Shown: positions 41,284 through 56,830 of the stretch, in pieces
Position numbering within the stretch: the stretch's first letter is position 1
Layout of the letters: each line of letters begins with the position of its first letter
Origin: the human T2T-CHM13v2.0 reference genome, Homo sapiens
Strand: one strand, 5' to 3'
Assembly (NCBI RefSeq): GCF_009914755.1
Contig: NC_060925.1
DNA: 64,000 nucleotides
The notes under the pieces: generated by a model
The model's input: the letters and a program-made list of their open reading frames with translations, nothing else
Told to the model about the DNA's origin: nothing
Database searches by the model: none
Translations under genes and position numbers: made by a program

Positions 41284-41937
41284 TGTCAACAAAGAGTCAA
41301 ACTTTGTAAAATATTTGAAGAGATTTATTCCGAGCCAAATATGAGTGATCATGGCCCACGACACAGTCCTTGGGAGATCCTGAGAACATGTGCTCAGGGT
41401 GGTTGGGGTGCAGGTTGGTTTTATATATTTTAGGGAAATATGAGACTTCAATCAAATACATTTAAGAAATACATTGGTTCAGTTCAGAAAGACAGGACAA
41501 CTTGAAGCAGGGGTGGAGCTGGGGGGGTAGGCGGGGGGAGGTTCCAGGTTATAGGCAGATTTAAACATTTTCTGGCTGACACTTGGTTAAGTTTATCTAA
41601 AGACCTGGAACCAACAGAAAGGAAATGTCTGGGTTAAGATTAAAGGATTGTGGAGACCAAAGTTCTTATTGTGCAAAGGAAGCCTTCAGGTGAGAACAGA
41701 AAAGCATTCTGTTATCTCTCTCCTTCAGAGAGAAGAGATTGTAAATGTTTCTTATCAGACTTAAGGTCTGTGTTGATGTTAACATCACTGAGGTATAAAG
41801 AGGCATGTCCAACCCCCACTTCCCATCATGGCCTGAAGTAGTCTTTCAGGTTAAATTTAAATTTTAGAGTGCCCTAGCCTACGAGAAAGTCCATTCAGAT
41901 AGTTGGGGGGAATTTAGAATTTTGTTTTTGGTTTACA
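41284..41937 (-). mobile_element. MER4-type ERV1 solo LTR
   Basis: TGTCAACAAAGAGTCAAACT...gagatttattccgagccaaatatgagtga...TTTTTGGTTTACA. Confidence 0.88.
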
Positions 41938-41938
41938 G

Positions 41939-42187
41939 CAAGCTTGTCCAACCTGCTGCCCACAGACCACATGCAACCCACAGGCCACATGCAGCTCAGG
42001 ACAGCTTTGCATGCAGCCCAACATAAATTTGTAAGCTTTCTTAAAACGTTATGAAATTTTCTTGCGTTTTTGTTTTGGTTTGTAGCTTATCAGTTAACAT
42101 TAGTGTTAGTGTATTTTATGTATAGCCCAAGACAATTCTTTTTCTTCCAGTGTGGCCCAGGGAAGCCAAAAGATTGGACACTGCTGG
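41939..42187. mobile_element. MER30/MER30B non-autonomous hAT DNA transposon
   Basis: caagcttgtccaa...ttggacactgctg terminal inverted repeats; 8-bp TSD gtttacag/gcttacac. Confidence 0.85.
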
Positions 42188-42908
42188 CTTACACCATCAC
42201 CAATAGTGGGACAAATCTGATATTAAATGCCTCCTAATGTAATACAATATTAACTACACAGTATGACCTTTGAAGTATCCTTATCCAATGTTTAATCTGA
42301 ACTCCTCAAGCCTCTGGTAACTTGCAACTGATAGGAAATACAAAATCTAGAGGTACAAAATAAATAAAATCGGACAATCCAGCATTAGGGCATTCTTCAT
42401 GACAACTGCTTGGTATCTTAAATTTGTTTAAAAAGACAGTTATTATTGGGAAAAATGAATTAGATTAAAAGCTTTAGATTAAAAGAAGCCAAAGAAAGTT
42501 AAAGCCCAACTTCAATGGGCAATCATTCATAGGATCCTGGTTCAAAAACAAACTATTTACAAAAGGTATTCTGGAGACAACTGGACAACTGGAGAAATGT
42601 AAATATTCTCTGGACCTTAAATAATAGTAGCGAATAATTGTTAATTTTCATTGATGTGATAAAGGTTTTATAGGAAATGGTTATATAGGAAAATGTCCTT
42701 GTAGGAGACATATAGCTAAAGTATTCTGAACTGAAGTGTCTTATCTACAACCTACAGATCTGAGAAAAATAAAACCAACAACCAAAACACACACACATAG
42801 GTACACATATAAATATATAAATAAATATGGAAAAATATTTGAATCTAGGTGATAATGATATTGAGAAGAAATTACTCAGGCCGATAGTACGAGTATGGGA
42901 GTCCTCAG

Positions 42909-43987
42909 TGTAAAAAGTGAAGTAGAGGTTCCTCTTCAAATGGACTTTCCTTTCCGTCTAATTAGGAATAAACAGTAACTTCTCTTAAAAGCAAAATTTA
43001 TTCAAAGAACTGTGCTAACATATTGGAGGCCGAAACAATGAGGTTCGTGATCAACTCAGTATATCACTGGAGGCTATATGAGTAAGCAGCAAACTGTTTC
43101 TCATAAATGCAGAACGTTGGCGAACTGACAAACTGCGTATGCCACCCAGGAGGACTGCTGAGGGTAGTTACGATCTAGGCACAAATGTTTCTTATGATTA
43201 GGCATAATTGAAGCCTGTCAGTAACAATATGAACCTGTGATCAATTAAGCAGCTGACCAATCGTTACCACCTCCTCCCTGCTCCTGTTACCCAAAAAATA
43301 GGAAGGGCTGTGGAAGCTCTGTGGCTGCCTTTGCTCACGAGAAGCAGGGAGCTCTCTTCTTCTTCCCCTGGCCCTTTCCTTAAAACAGTTCCTTTTGTCT
43401 TAAGTTATCATTTCTACGTTCGTCCCTTCATTTGATCTCACAATGATGGTCTCAAGCAGTAACAGTAGTAACTGCTGTAACGATGGTCTCAAGTAGTAAC
43501 CGTGGCAGTTGGCCACACTAACATTCTTTGATATCTGTTGGCCGTAATAAAGAAATCAATGTACTTTGTGCTCTTAGCTGCCACATTTTAGCCTAGATAT
43601 TTGCCCTGGCATGCTTATACTGGTCCAAGGAAGCATTAGGCCATAGCCTGTTTTCTTCCTTATCTGGAGGTGTTTTTACCTTTCTCAGCATTCCACAAGT
43701 TGCTTCCTCCTTCCTTTGTTCTCCTCTGTCTTTGCCTCTTTTGGAAAGTTCTAAGTTGCTAGCCAATCAGGACAAGTACAGAGGTCCCCTTCCAGCCAAT
43801 GGAAACCGGACACGGTAGTAGGGTGCACGTGTCAGGTTATAAATGACCCTGTCTCCTTTATGCGTGTGTGCTCTCGTGGCAAGACTACTAGCGAGCGGCA
43901 ACCTTTCTGCAGAAAGTAAACTAGCCTTGCTAAGAGCTCCTTTGTCTCAGTGTTGATTTTTGCAACACTGAGCGCCCGTTCCCAACA
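42909..43987 (+). mobile_element. LTR10C-like (HERV-I group) solo LTR, interrupted by LTR3
   Basis: TGTAAAAAGTGAAGTAGAGG...TTCCCAACA; 4-bp TSD tcag (42905-42908, 43988-43991); CCAAT boxes and TATAAA at ~43838. Confidence 0.85.
43021..43517 (-). mobile_element. LTR3-like (HERV-K HML-6) solo LTR
   Basis: Minus strand starts TGTGGCCAACTGCCACGGTTACTACTTGAGACC; 6-bp TSD ctaaca (43015-43020, 43518-43523). Confidence 0.87.
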
Positions 43988-44910
43988 TCAGTAAGGCTTT
44001 TCTTTTTAATGAAAAGCAGCCCCAAATCCTTTTCTAAGAGCAGCCTGTGAAGTCGAGCTGCAGGCACAGACAAACAAGGGGGTAGCTTGCTTGGGTGAAT
44101 GGTGGCAGGAACTACCGACTAGACATGTTTAAGATGAGGGCTCCATCTTCGCTTCTCTGCCAGCCACGTGTACAGTAAGAAGGGGTTACAATAGGCATAT
44201 GGGTGATTTTGTGCTTTTCGTTCATCTTTTCTGTGTTTAAAATGTTCAGAATAAGAAATTGGAACAAAGGAGACATGAATAGACAATTCCTAATCATCTT
44301 TAAGAGTCCGCTTTGTGTTTTACTTACCACCACCACTTTGAAGGCTTTCTTGCCTATACCAGGACAAACTCAGCTCTTTATCCCTTTTCCGAATTTTCCT
44401 GGTACTTTCACTTTGAATATAGCGCTTAATTAACATTCTGCCTTGTACCTAGGACTAACACACTATAAATTCCCAGAAGACAAAGTAGGGGAATACAATA
44501 ACAGGATATAGAATTTTAACAGCTAAATTAGATGAATTTATGGGTGACCTTTATTGGGCAAAAGAAAATGTTAAGTTAGTATAAGATTTAGTATAAGCTA
44601 CCATCTCAAAACTCAGGGTCTCACTGGAAGAGAAAGTGACTCCAGGTAGAATTCCTCAGGGAGACATTCACTTCCATCATTCGCTGAACCAGGAGCTTTG
44701 GACAGCCTCGGATTGCACCCGCATATCCAAGGACACCACATCAGCGGACAAGTCATAAACAGCCTTGGGAATACGCGGAAAGGTCAAATTTACCTAAACA
44801 ATTAAATTCTCTTTTAAATTTTAAGGAAACACAAGTATGCTTTCGCTTTAGGTAGGGCATTTGAGAGCAAAATGTACTAATACTTTGAATCCGCCAAGCA
44901 GACACGATCT

Positions 44911-44950
44911 GGGTTTGACCGTTCTCTCCGGGTAAAGGTGAAGGCTGACC
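44911..44950 (+). promoter_or_regulatory. ACADM: NRRE-1 nuclear-receptor response element of the MCAD promoter
   Basis: TGACCG(44916-21)-8 nt-GGGTAA(44930-35)-AGGTGA(44936-41): everted-repeat half-site arrangement matching the described element as I recall it. Confidence 0.8.
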
Positions 44951-45447
44951 ACGGGGGCCGCTCTCCCTCCAGGCCCCAGCCACGCCCTCTAACCCAGGTT
45001 CCCGTCCTGCACCGCGCCGCAAGTCCCCCCACCGTTCAGCGCAACCGGGCCCTCCCAGCCCCGCCGCCGTCCCCCTCCCCCGCCCTGGCTCTCTTTCCGC
45101 GCTGCGGTCAGCCTCGGCGTCCCACAGAGAGGGCCAGAGGTGGAAACGCAGAAAACCAAACCAGGACTATCAGAGATTGCCCGGAGAGGGGATGCGACCC
45201 CTCCCCAGGTCGCAGCGACGGCGCACGCAAGGGTCACGGAGCATGCGTTGGCTACCCGGCGCCGGGGACCGCTGCCACCCCGCCTAGCGCAGCGCCCCGT
45301 CCTTCCGCAGCCCAACCGCCTCTTCCCGCCCCGCCCCATCCCGCCCACGGGCTCCAGTGGGCGGGACCAGAGGAGTCCCGCGTTCGGGGAGTATGTCAAG
45401 GCCGTGACCCGTGTATTATTGTCCGAGTGGCCGGAACGGGAGCCAAC

Positions 45448-45477
45448 ATGGCAGCGGGGTTCGGGCGATGCTGCAGG
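45448..45477 (+). CDS. ACADM: ACADM exon 1 coding part (MAAGFGRCCR; mitochondrial presequence)
   Basis: Kozak ccaacATGg; donor AGG|gtgaga at 45478. Confidence 0.98.
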
Positions 45478-46785
45478 GTGAGAGGGAGCCCAGCGGTGCG
45501 GTGGGGCTGGAACATGGGTATTGTGGTGTCGGAGCAGGGGGCCCTGGGCCAAAAATAGGTGCGGCCGGGAGGAGTGGGAAGTCGGGCTGAGGAAGGAGCC
45601 AGCCTAGGGGCCCCCAACCTGCTTTCACGCCTCCTACCACCGGACGGAACGTAGCCTAGCGTTTCATTTTCCGTATCCTCCCGTCAGGCGACCCCGTTAT
45701 AGCCGGCATCCTCTCTTTAGAATATCGTTTTTCTTTCTCTGGTAAACCCTCCAAATATTTACCGCGGGAATCCCACCTTTTTCCAAAGTGACCCCGTCTC
45801 TGTGTCAGAACCACGGGAAAAAGAAAAATGGAGCAGCTACTCCTTGAAATACTTAATGTTTAATAAGCTTTTCGTTGTAACGTTTCCACGTTGCTTACGG
45901 GAAAAAAAAAAGTAAAAAAAAAACCTGCAGAATTTTATGTGAACTTGTGTGTATATTCTAGTATTGGATCTTAATAGATTCTAAATAAGTTTGTCACTAG
46001 ATGAATTTTGGTATCTTAAATATTCTTGATATGTTCACACCACTGCCATTTAGATGTCACTTAAAATTAAGTTAAAGTTATGTCTTGGACCAAAAAAGCT
46101 GCGGTTTTAGAATAATCCTAAAGAATTGCTGCCCATGTTTTGCTGGTGTTATGCAAGTTAATGTGCAGTGAAGGCAGAAATTGGGAGATTTCAGCTATTT
46201 TTAACTCCTACACCAGAAAAGCAGATTTCTCAACCTCCAAGGAAGGATCTAAAAAAAACCTGATATAGAAAACTTACACCCTTTTTCTCTTCTTTAACCC
46301 ATAAAACTGACACTCTTATATTCCCAAGAAATGCACAAAAGTGTTCAATTCTAGTGGTGCTGTTTCGATATTTGGAATTTCATTGTTCTAGACAGAGAGC
46401 CCGAAGTAATAAAACCAATAGTTATATAGCATTAGGCTTTCAAAACATTATCGTACTTTAATCGTCCGAAAATACGCAGTGAGATTAGTCCCATTTTTTG
46501 GTTTTGAACGGAAGCTATAAGCAGTTTGTAAACCTGTCTACGGCCACAAATATGGTTGTGGAACCTAGATTCACATTCAGCAATTATAACTCCAGATCCC
46601 GTGCTGTTTCTGTTTTCTATTTGCAAACCACCTCTCTAATTAACTGGCTAACTTTGTTATGTAATTAACAGGTTGATGGGCATTGTATTCTGGTAATAGC
46701 AACCTTTGCACTTTGTTCTATGTAACATATTTTCCTGAACAGTCACATGTGAAGTGACTTTTTCCCTATTTAAATTCCCTCGGTT

Positions 46786-47040
46786 GGCCAGGTGCGGCGG
46801 CTCACGGTTGTGATCCTAGCACCTTGGGAGGCCTCGGCGGGTTGATCACTTAAGGCCAGGAGTTCGAGACCAGCCTGGCCAAAGCAGGGAAACCCTGTCT
46901 TTACTAAAAATAGGAAAAATTAGCTGGGCATGGTAGCATATGCCTGTAATCCCAGGAGGCTGAGTCTGCAGTGAGCGGAGATCTCTCCACCGCACTCTAG
47001 CCTGGGTGACAGAGGGAGACTCTGTCAAAAAAAAAAAAAA
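46786..47040 (+). mobile_element. Alu with right-arm deletions (intron 1)
   Basis: Left arm, linker, shortened right arm, poly(A). Confidence 0.88.
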
Positions 47041-47403
47041 AGTCCCTCAGTAGACCATTTAACCTGGTTTGAGTTCTGACTTTTGTGCATGGTATTTAAA
47101 AACGCATTTATAATAGAGTCAGGTTTTTTGTTCTGATTTTTGTGGAATGTTTTCCTTTGTTATGGAACCTAGTGACCAATTAGGATACTAACAGAAAGAT
47201 CAGTATAGCAAGGTGGTTAATAGCATGCGCTCTTGATAGTAAATGTTAGAATCCTGGTTGCACTAATAGTAGAGTGACTTTGCCTAATTTAGTTGACTTT
47301 CTGAGCCTTCGTTTCTTCACATGCGAAAGTGGAATAAAAGTAATGGCTTAATCCTAGACTTGACCTGGGATTCAGTGAATTAACCTGTGTAACGCGACTG
47401 TAA

Positions 47404-47762
<359 letters not shown>

Positions 47763-48344
47763 CACTGTTTCACTTTCAAAATAAAATTAATGAAGATGCA
47801 AAGAAAATGCGAGTTTTCATACTCTGTATGTTTTTATTACTGTAGTATGAGGTATGTTATTTGGAAAGCACTGTTTCAATTACAAATATTTGACACTCTT
47901 AATTATATTGTCACCTTACATGTAGGAATTCGTCTTTTATAAGTTGAAATTGTCATCTACAAAGACAGTTTCTTTTTACGGATTTTGAAAAACATAAGAA
48001 TTTAAATAAAGAAACTTTAGTATATTCTTCAGCTGCTCTTTTCTCTTAGTATCTAAGCTTGTTAAAATTGCTGGATAGTTCAATTAAAATCTTTTACAGT
48101 GAAAATTGTGTAATTTTGACTGTCCTGAAACCTTTACTCAAGAACACCATTGTGGTTCCCAGTTTGGCAGCTTTAATAAATGCAAATTTTTACTTTTGTA
48201 TCCATTAAACTGTCATGAATATAAAAATGGGTTGCAAAACAATAATATATGTATATTTGATTGTTTGTTTCTTTATATGTTCCTTTGAAGAAATATGACT
48301 ATATTTCAGATCCTAAGACAAGTAGTGTATTAGTAGTTTAGAAG

Positions 48345-48450
48345 AGGGATGGCAAACGTGTTTGTAAAGGAACGGATAGTACATGTTTTTGGCTTTGTGA
48401 ACCAGATGGTCTCTGTGGTAACTACTTAGATCTGCTGTGAAAGCGGCAAT
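48345..48450. mobile_element. MER58-like hAT DNA transposon fragment
   Basis: ggcaaac...gtaaagg..cggatagta...ggctttgtgaacca.atggtctctgt pattern. Confidence 0.6.
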
Positions 48451-49047
48451 AGACAGCATGATGTGGCTGCACTGGTTTGGTGACTCCTTGCTCAGAACAT
48501 TGTAAGAATCCCTGTAGACAGCAGAAAATACAGAACATGGTTTTATGCTAATTTGTTTTGTTAGAGTGGGGTATCCTAAAAAATGAGATCCTCTGAGGGG
48601 AAGGTTTCCAGAGGCATGCATGGGAGGCTCACAGTGACAGGGTATCAAAGTTGATGGACTAGGCAACTCTTGAACACAGTATGTTCACTTCCAGCCTATC
48701 GTTCTCCCCACCCCAACTCTCCAACCATTAATGTCCTAGGAGCTTGTAAGATACCCAGAATAGTGGTCCTACATCTACTACTACCCTTGACTGTTGTTTG
48801 TCCTAAACCCTCCACTTCAGTAGTATAAATACCACTGACTTTATTTTCATTACTTTTTAAAAACATCTCCTCTGTAATAGGAATTTATATAACTGATAAT
48901 TGGCTTATTTAAATTATGATTGAAGGCATTTAAATAGTGATGACTTTAAAAACTATGAGTATGGTCAAACCAGTTGCTGTACTCACTTATGATTATCAGT
49001 AGTCTCTTATCTGATTAATGTTTAACTTATCAAATTTATTTTAATAA

Positions 49048-49251
<204 letters not shown>

Positions 49252-49929
49252 TGAGTAGAACCAGTCCACTGTCCACAGATAATTTACAATAACTCACACT
49301 CCATTCTTCCTGATCTCATTTTCTTCCTCAGTATACTACACTGTACATTAGATCTGTTTTAGCAGCATACATACACTTAAATTCCTTCCTTTTTTTCTGA
49401 GTGTTTAGCCCAAAATAAATGAGATTTACTGATATATATGAATAGTCTTCAACTTACATATCTGAATGCCACAAATACATTTTAAAAACACTTGTTAGAT
49501 TACAATTCTAGGTGCCTGGTAATAAGCTAAAGCTTGTTTTTGCTATAATATATCCAAATTGCAATTTTGGTACTATTAGATGAAGTTCTCACTCCTGGGA
49601 CCAGGGAGCCATGATTTTTTTTCCTCTGCCCTCTATAAAATGAAAACTACACACAAAAAATTTGAAATAATATCTATCTTTGGCATTCTTGGCCTTCTAA
49701 AGTGCTTCTTCAAAATTTTTATTTTTTCTCTAGTTAAAAACCATTTACTCAATTTATTTGGTCTCAGAAAATAGTTAAAGGCAGCTGCGATAACTCACAG
49801 CTAGGTACAAATGACAATCTCAAAGCTCTCCAGAGTTATTTTTTTTATTATTTGTTGTGTTTTTTAAAGATTTTTCCCTTTTCTTTATAAAGGTTTTTTT
49901 TTTTCTTACCAGAATTTAATGAAATTTTT

Positions 49930-51487
<1,558 letters not shown>

Positions 51488-51665
51488 TTTCTCTACCCTC
51501 TATCTACCTGCAAGATTGCTATCAACTGGCACCAATCTTAGAAGTAAAGCTGTGATAGAGAGAACACTGGACTGAAATTCTTAAGTATACTTCTGCTAAT
51601 TCATTGTGAGACTGATACTAGAATTTCCTTACTCTGCATTAGTTTATCAATAAAAAGAGAGATTT

Positions 51666-51965
51666 GGCTGGGCGCAGTGGCTCGGGCCTGTAATCCCAGC
51701 ACTTTGGGAGGCCGAGGTGGGCGGATCACGAGGTCAGAAGATCGAGATCCTGGTGAAACCCCGTCTCTACTAAAAATACAAAAAAAAAAATTAGCCGGGC
51801 GCGGTGGCAGGCACCTGTAGTCCCAGCTGCTCAGGAGGCTGAGACAGGAGAATGGCGTGAACCCGGGAGGCGGAGCTTGCAGTGAGCCTAGATTGCGCCA
51901 CTGCACTCCAGTCTGGGCGACAGAGCGAGACTCCGTCTCAAAAAAAAAAAAAAAAAAAAAAAAAA
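51666..51965 (+). mobile_element. AluY (intron 2)
   Basis: gagaatggcgtgaacccgggaggcggagcttgcag diagnostics; TSD aaaaagagagattt/aaaaagagattt. Confidence 0.95.
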
Positions 51966-52404
51966 AGAGATTTGATCTTATGCTCTTCAATTCAGCACCA
52001 GAATTCAGCTTTTATGTATTGTTTCTCACATCCCCATACAAATGATTACTGTAGTCTTAAACATTCCTCTGTGCATTTGCTCTCATTTTTCTTGCTTGAA
52101 ATACCCTATTATCTCTTAAATTTTACCTAATCTTTGACGTTAGATGCAACCACATTAAAACACAAGGATACCATGGATTTGAAAAGATGCAGTTAGCAAT
52201 TGACTCCTCTCCTCAATCAAGCCACCATACTAATTTCATTAATTTTAAAACAATCCCTTATTTTATGTAAACAAATTGTTGGACACCATTTATTAGCATT
52301 GCAGCAGGATTTTATGTTATTATCTTTTGAAAAACCTTTCTACCACTTTTACCAGTTGCTTTGTGCTAATTTATAAGCTTGTCTGAGTTTAAAGGAGCTG
52401 TAAG

Positions 52405-52820
52405 CCTAGGCATGGTGTCTCATGCTTGTAATCCCAGCACTTTAGGAGACCACGGCAGGAGGATTGCTTGAGGCCACGAGTTCAAGACCAGCCTGGCATC
52501 ATAGTGAGACCCTGTCTCTGTGAAAACAAAAAAAATGAAATAGATAGGGTGAGGTGGCTCCCAGCACTTTGGGAGGCCAAGATGGGAGAATCATTTGAGC
52601 CCAGGAGTTCTAGACCCATTTGGGCAACATGGCAAAACCCTGTATCTACAAAAATTACAAAAATTAGCCAGATATGGTGGCATGTGCCTGTGATCCCAGC
52701 TAGTTGAGAAGCTGTGGTGGGAAGATCATTTAAGGCCAGGAGGTCGAGGCTACAGTGAGTCGTAATTGCACCACTGCACTCCAGCCTGAGTGACAAAATG
52801 AGACTGTCTCAAAAAAAAAA
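52405..52820 (+). mobile_element. Alu monomer followed by AluJ
   Basis: Monomer 52405-52535, then a J-type dimer to 52820. Confidence 0.85.
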
Positions 52821-53304
52821 AGCAAAATTATGATATTGATATTCTTATATGACACTTTGAAATAAGTTTTATTGCTTTATGTCACTGAGTGTGTTTCATC
52901 TATTTCGTTAGATTGATTCTTGTCGTCAGGGAGATGTCTTGTATATTAGTTTCACTTCAGTGTTAGCAAACATTTGATAAATTGGCTTAGGAACTAATAA
53001 TAAGTTAAACGTTTTTTATATCACCAATTGGAAAAGAAAAACTCACTTGAGCTCTACAGGTTAATATCTATTACTCATTTGTAAAAGTTAAAAATCTTAC
53101 CTATTTCCTTTAGCATTTGTATTGACATAGGTTTATTTATATTGTGTAGTGAACTCTTGATTAGTCAAAAAATGCACTGTAGTCTGAGTTTCTGATAATC
53201 AAGGATTTAAGTCCCCACAATAAATACACATTTCTACATACTGACTTCATAGGACATTTTTCCTTGTTATCCAGTTTTAACTTTTCTAAATAATTTTCCC
53301 TTAG

Positions 53305-53402
53305 AGTTCACCGAACAGCAGAAAGAATTTCAAGCTACTGCTCGTAAATTTGCCAGAGAGGAAATCATCCCAGTGGCTGCAGAATATGATAAAACTGGTG
53401 AA
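53305..53402 (+). CDS. ACADM: ACADM exon 3 ([33 protein letters not shown])
   Basis: ttttcccttag| acceptor, |gtaggt donor; 98 nt. Confidence 0.98.
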
Positions 53403-53513
53403 GTAGGTATATACATTTTAAAGAGGGAAAAATCTTTTACATTTTTTACAAGATTATGTAATCAAACTATCTGGATTTCAAAATATATTTTAACTCAGTT
53501 CTTTTTCTTCTAG

Positions 53514-53603
<90 letters not shown>

Positions 53604-53711
53604 TAATACTGGAATGCATATGAGTAAGAAAAATTGTGGAACTCTACTCAGTCATTTTTTTCAAATATTTCTTGCCATTAAATGACTTTCTACCTTTGTC
53701 TTCCTGCTCAG

Positions 53712-53810
53712 ACTACAGTGTTTGCCCACTTTTGGAAGCTTGCACTCTATACCTAGATGCGTTTTTCCTTCTTCTAACTGGTTCCAACCTTAACTTGCAC
53801 CTAAACCTTG
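53712..53810 (+). CDS. ACADM: Candidate ACADM alternative cassette exon (99 nt, +33 aa)
   Basis: ctttgtcttcctgctcag| acceptor, TTG|gtaact donor; phase 1-1; no stop in the ACADM frame. Confidence 0.6.
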
Positions 53811-54145
53811 GTAACTTCCGTTTCTAGAGTTGGTCAATTTGTTGTGTTTTATTCCTATCTTCTATATTACATTTTATTGAGTCTTTTTTGTGAACCATGA
53901 TTCTTTTCCTCAGACCCAGTTTTAGAGTTGAATTGAGTTTTAACAAAATCAAGTTAGAACAGGAATACAGGTTCAAATTACAAATAGTAAAATAATTTTT
54001 TGAAAATTTTAGAGCTTTAAGAAAGTATAATTTCTTATTGTGCCAGCCAGAACACATGTAGATATTATATTGCAAATTTCCTTTTAAAACAAATTTTGGT
54101 CATATTGAAAGCAATTAAAATAGTTTACCTTTATTTCTATTGTGA

Positions 54146-54307
<162 letters not shown>

Positions 54308-54656
54308 TAACTACCTAACTCAGCTCTTGTTAATGAGATAGTTACTCCTGAAGAAGTTGGATTTTTAGAAGAAAAAAAAAGGAAAGTCAGTTACTACTAG
54401 GTAAGGTTAGTGGGTACACACAGTTTTCTTTAAAGAGGAACACAAGATTCAGCAGTGAAGCCTGGAGTTCTGATTTCGAGGCTTGATAACTCTGGCCTTG
54501 TCTCTAGTACTCGGAGTTCTGACTGTCCTTTGGAGGAAACTGTATACTTTGGCTGCAGCTTCAGTGGCAATTCTTAGGTAAAGCCAAGGGCTAAATCCAG
54601 AATTCAGGAGCAGGATTGGGATGGTTTGCTGCCACTATGGCAGTACTGAAATTTAG

Positions 54657-55135
<479 letters not shown>

Positions 55136-55451
55136 TAACAAGCAATTCTTAGGCCTGATCATACATACTGTGTCACATATTCTAAACATAATTTTTTATT
55201 AGTGCATTTCACTATAGTAGATTTTCACAGATTATAATGCCACAGGTCCTACATATAACCTAATTTTATGAAAATACTTAGATTAGCAGATTTATTTCCT
55301 CATTCTAACTTAGAGGCAAGGTATAGGCCAGTTCTTTGGACTTACCTGTTAGGTGAAAAATAGTTATTTTTTCATTTTGAATTATAGCATCTCTGAATTT
55401 ACATATCCAATAAAAATGACTTGATTTTTTAATGTCAATTTTCTTCGGTAG

Positions 55452-56680
<1,229 letters not shown>

Positions 56681-56820
56681 AATGTGAACCTGTAACTGAA
56701 GAAATAGCAACTTATTTGTTGAATGACTGAATGACTTGGGAAGAATAGTTGTAGAGTTTATTTAAACCTCTGAAAGCAACTCAACAAATTTTTAAATTAG
56801 ATTTTTTTAACAAGATAAAT

Positions 56821-56830
56821 ACACACACAG

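Larger units (their letters stand above)
42855..44185 (+). mobile_element. Outer ERV1 LTR (MER61-like), split into ~42855-42908 and 43988-44185
   Basis: Sequence rejoins as gtcctcag|taaggcttttc across the inner LTR; agcagcctgtgaagtcgagctgcaggcacaga motif. Confidence 0.65.
44890..45720 (+). promoter_or_regulatory. ACADM: ACADM CpG-island, TATA-less promoter and exon 1 region
   Basis: Abrupt GC/CpG enrichment; GC boxes (ccgccccgcccc ~45327-45346, gggcggg 45359); C-runs at 45051-45085 (G4-capable on the minus strand); contains the ACADM ATG. Confidence 0.93.

Noticed and set aside
44121-44130. p53 half-site AGACATGTTT in the MER61-like LTR
   Set aside because: Only one decamer; the adjacent 10-mers do not fit RRRCWWGYYY.
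44938-45640. Overlapping 113-206 aa ORFs on both strands at the promoter
   Set aside because: Expected stop-codon depletion in a CpG island; Pro/Arg/Gly-rich with no domain; only 45448-45477 is supported as coding.
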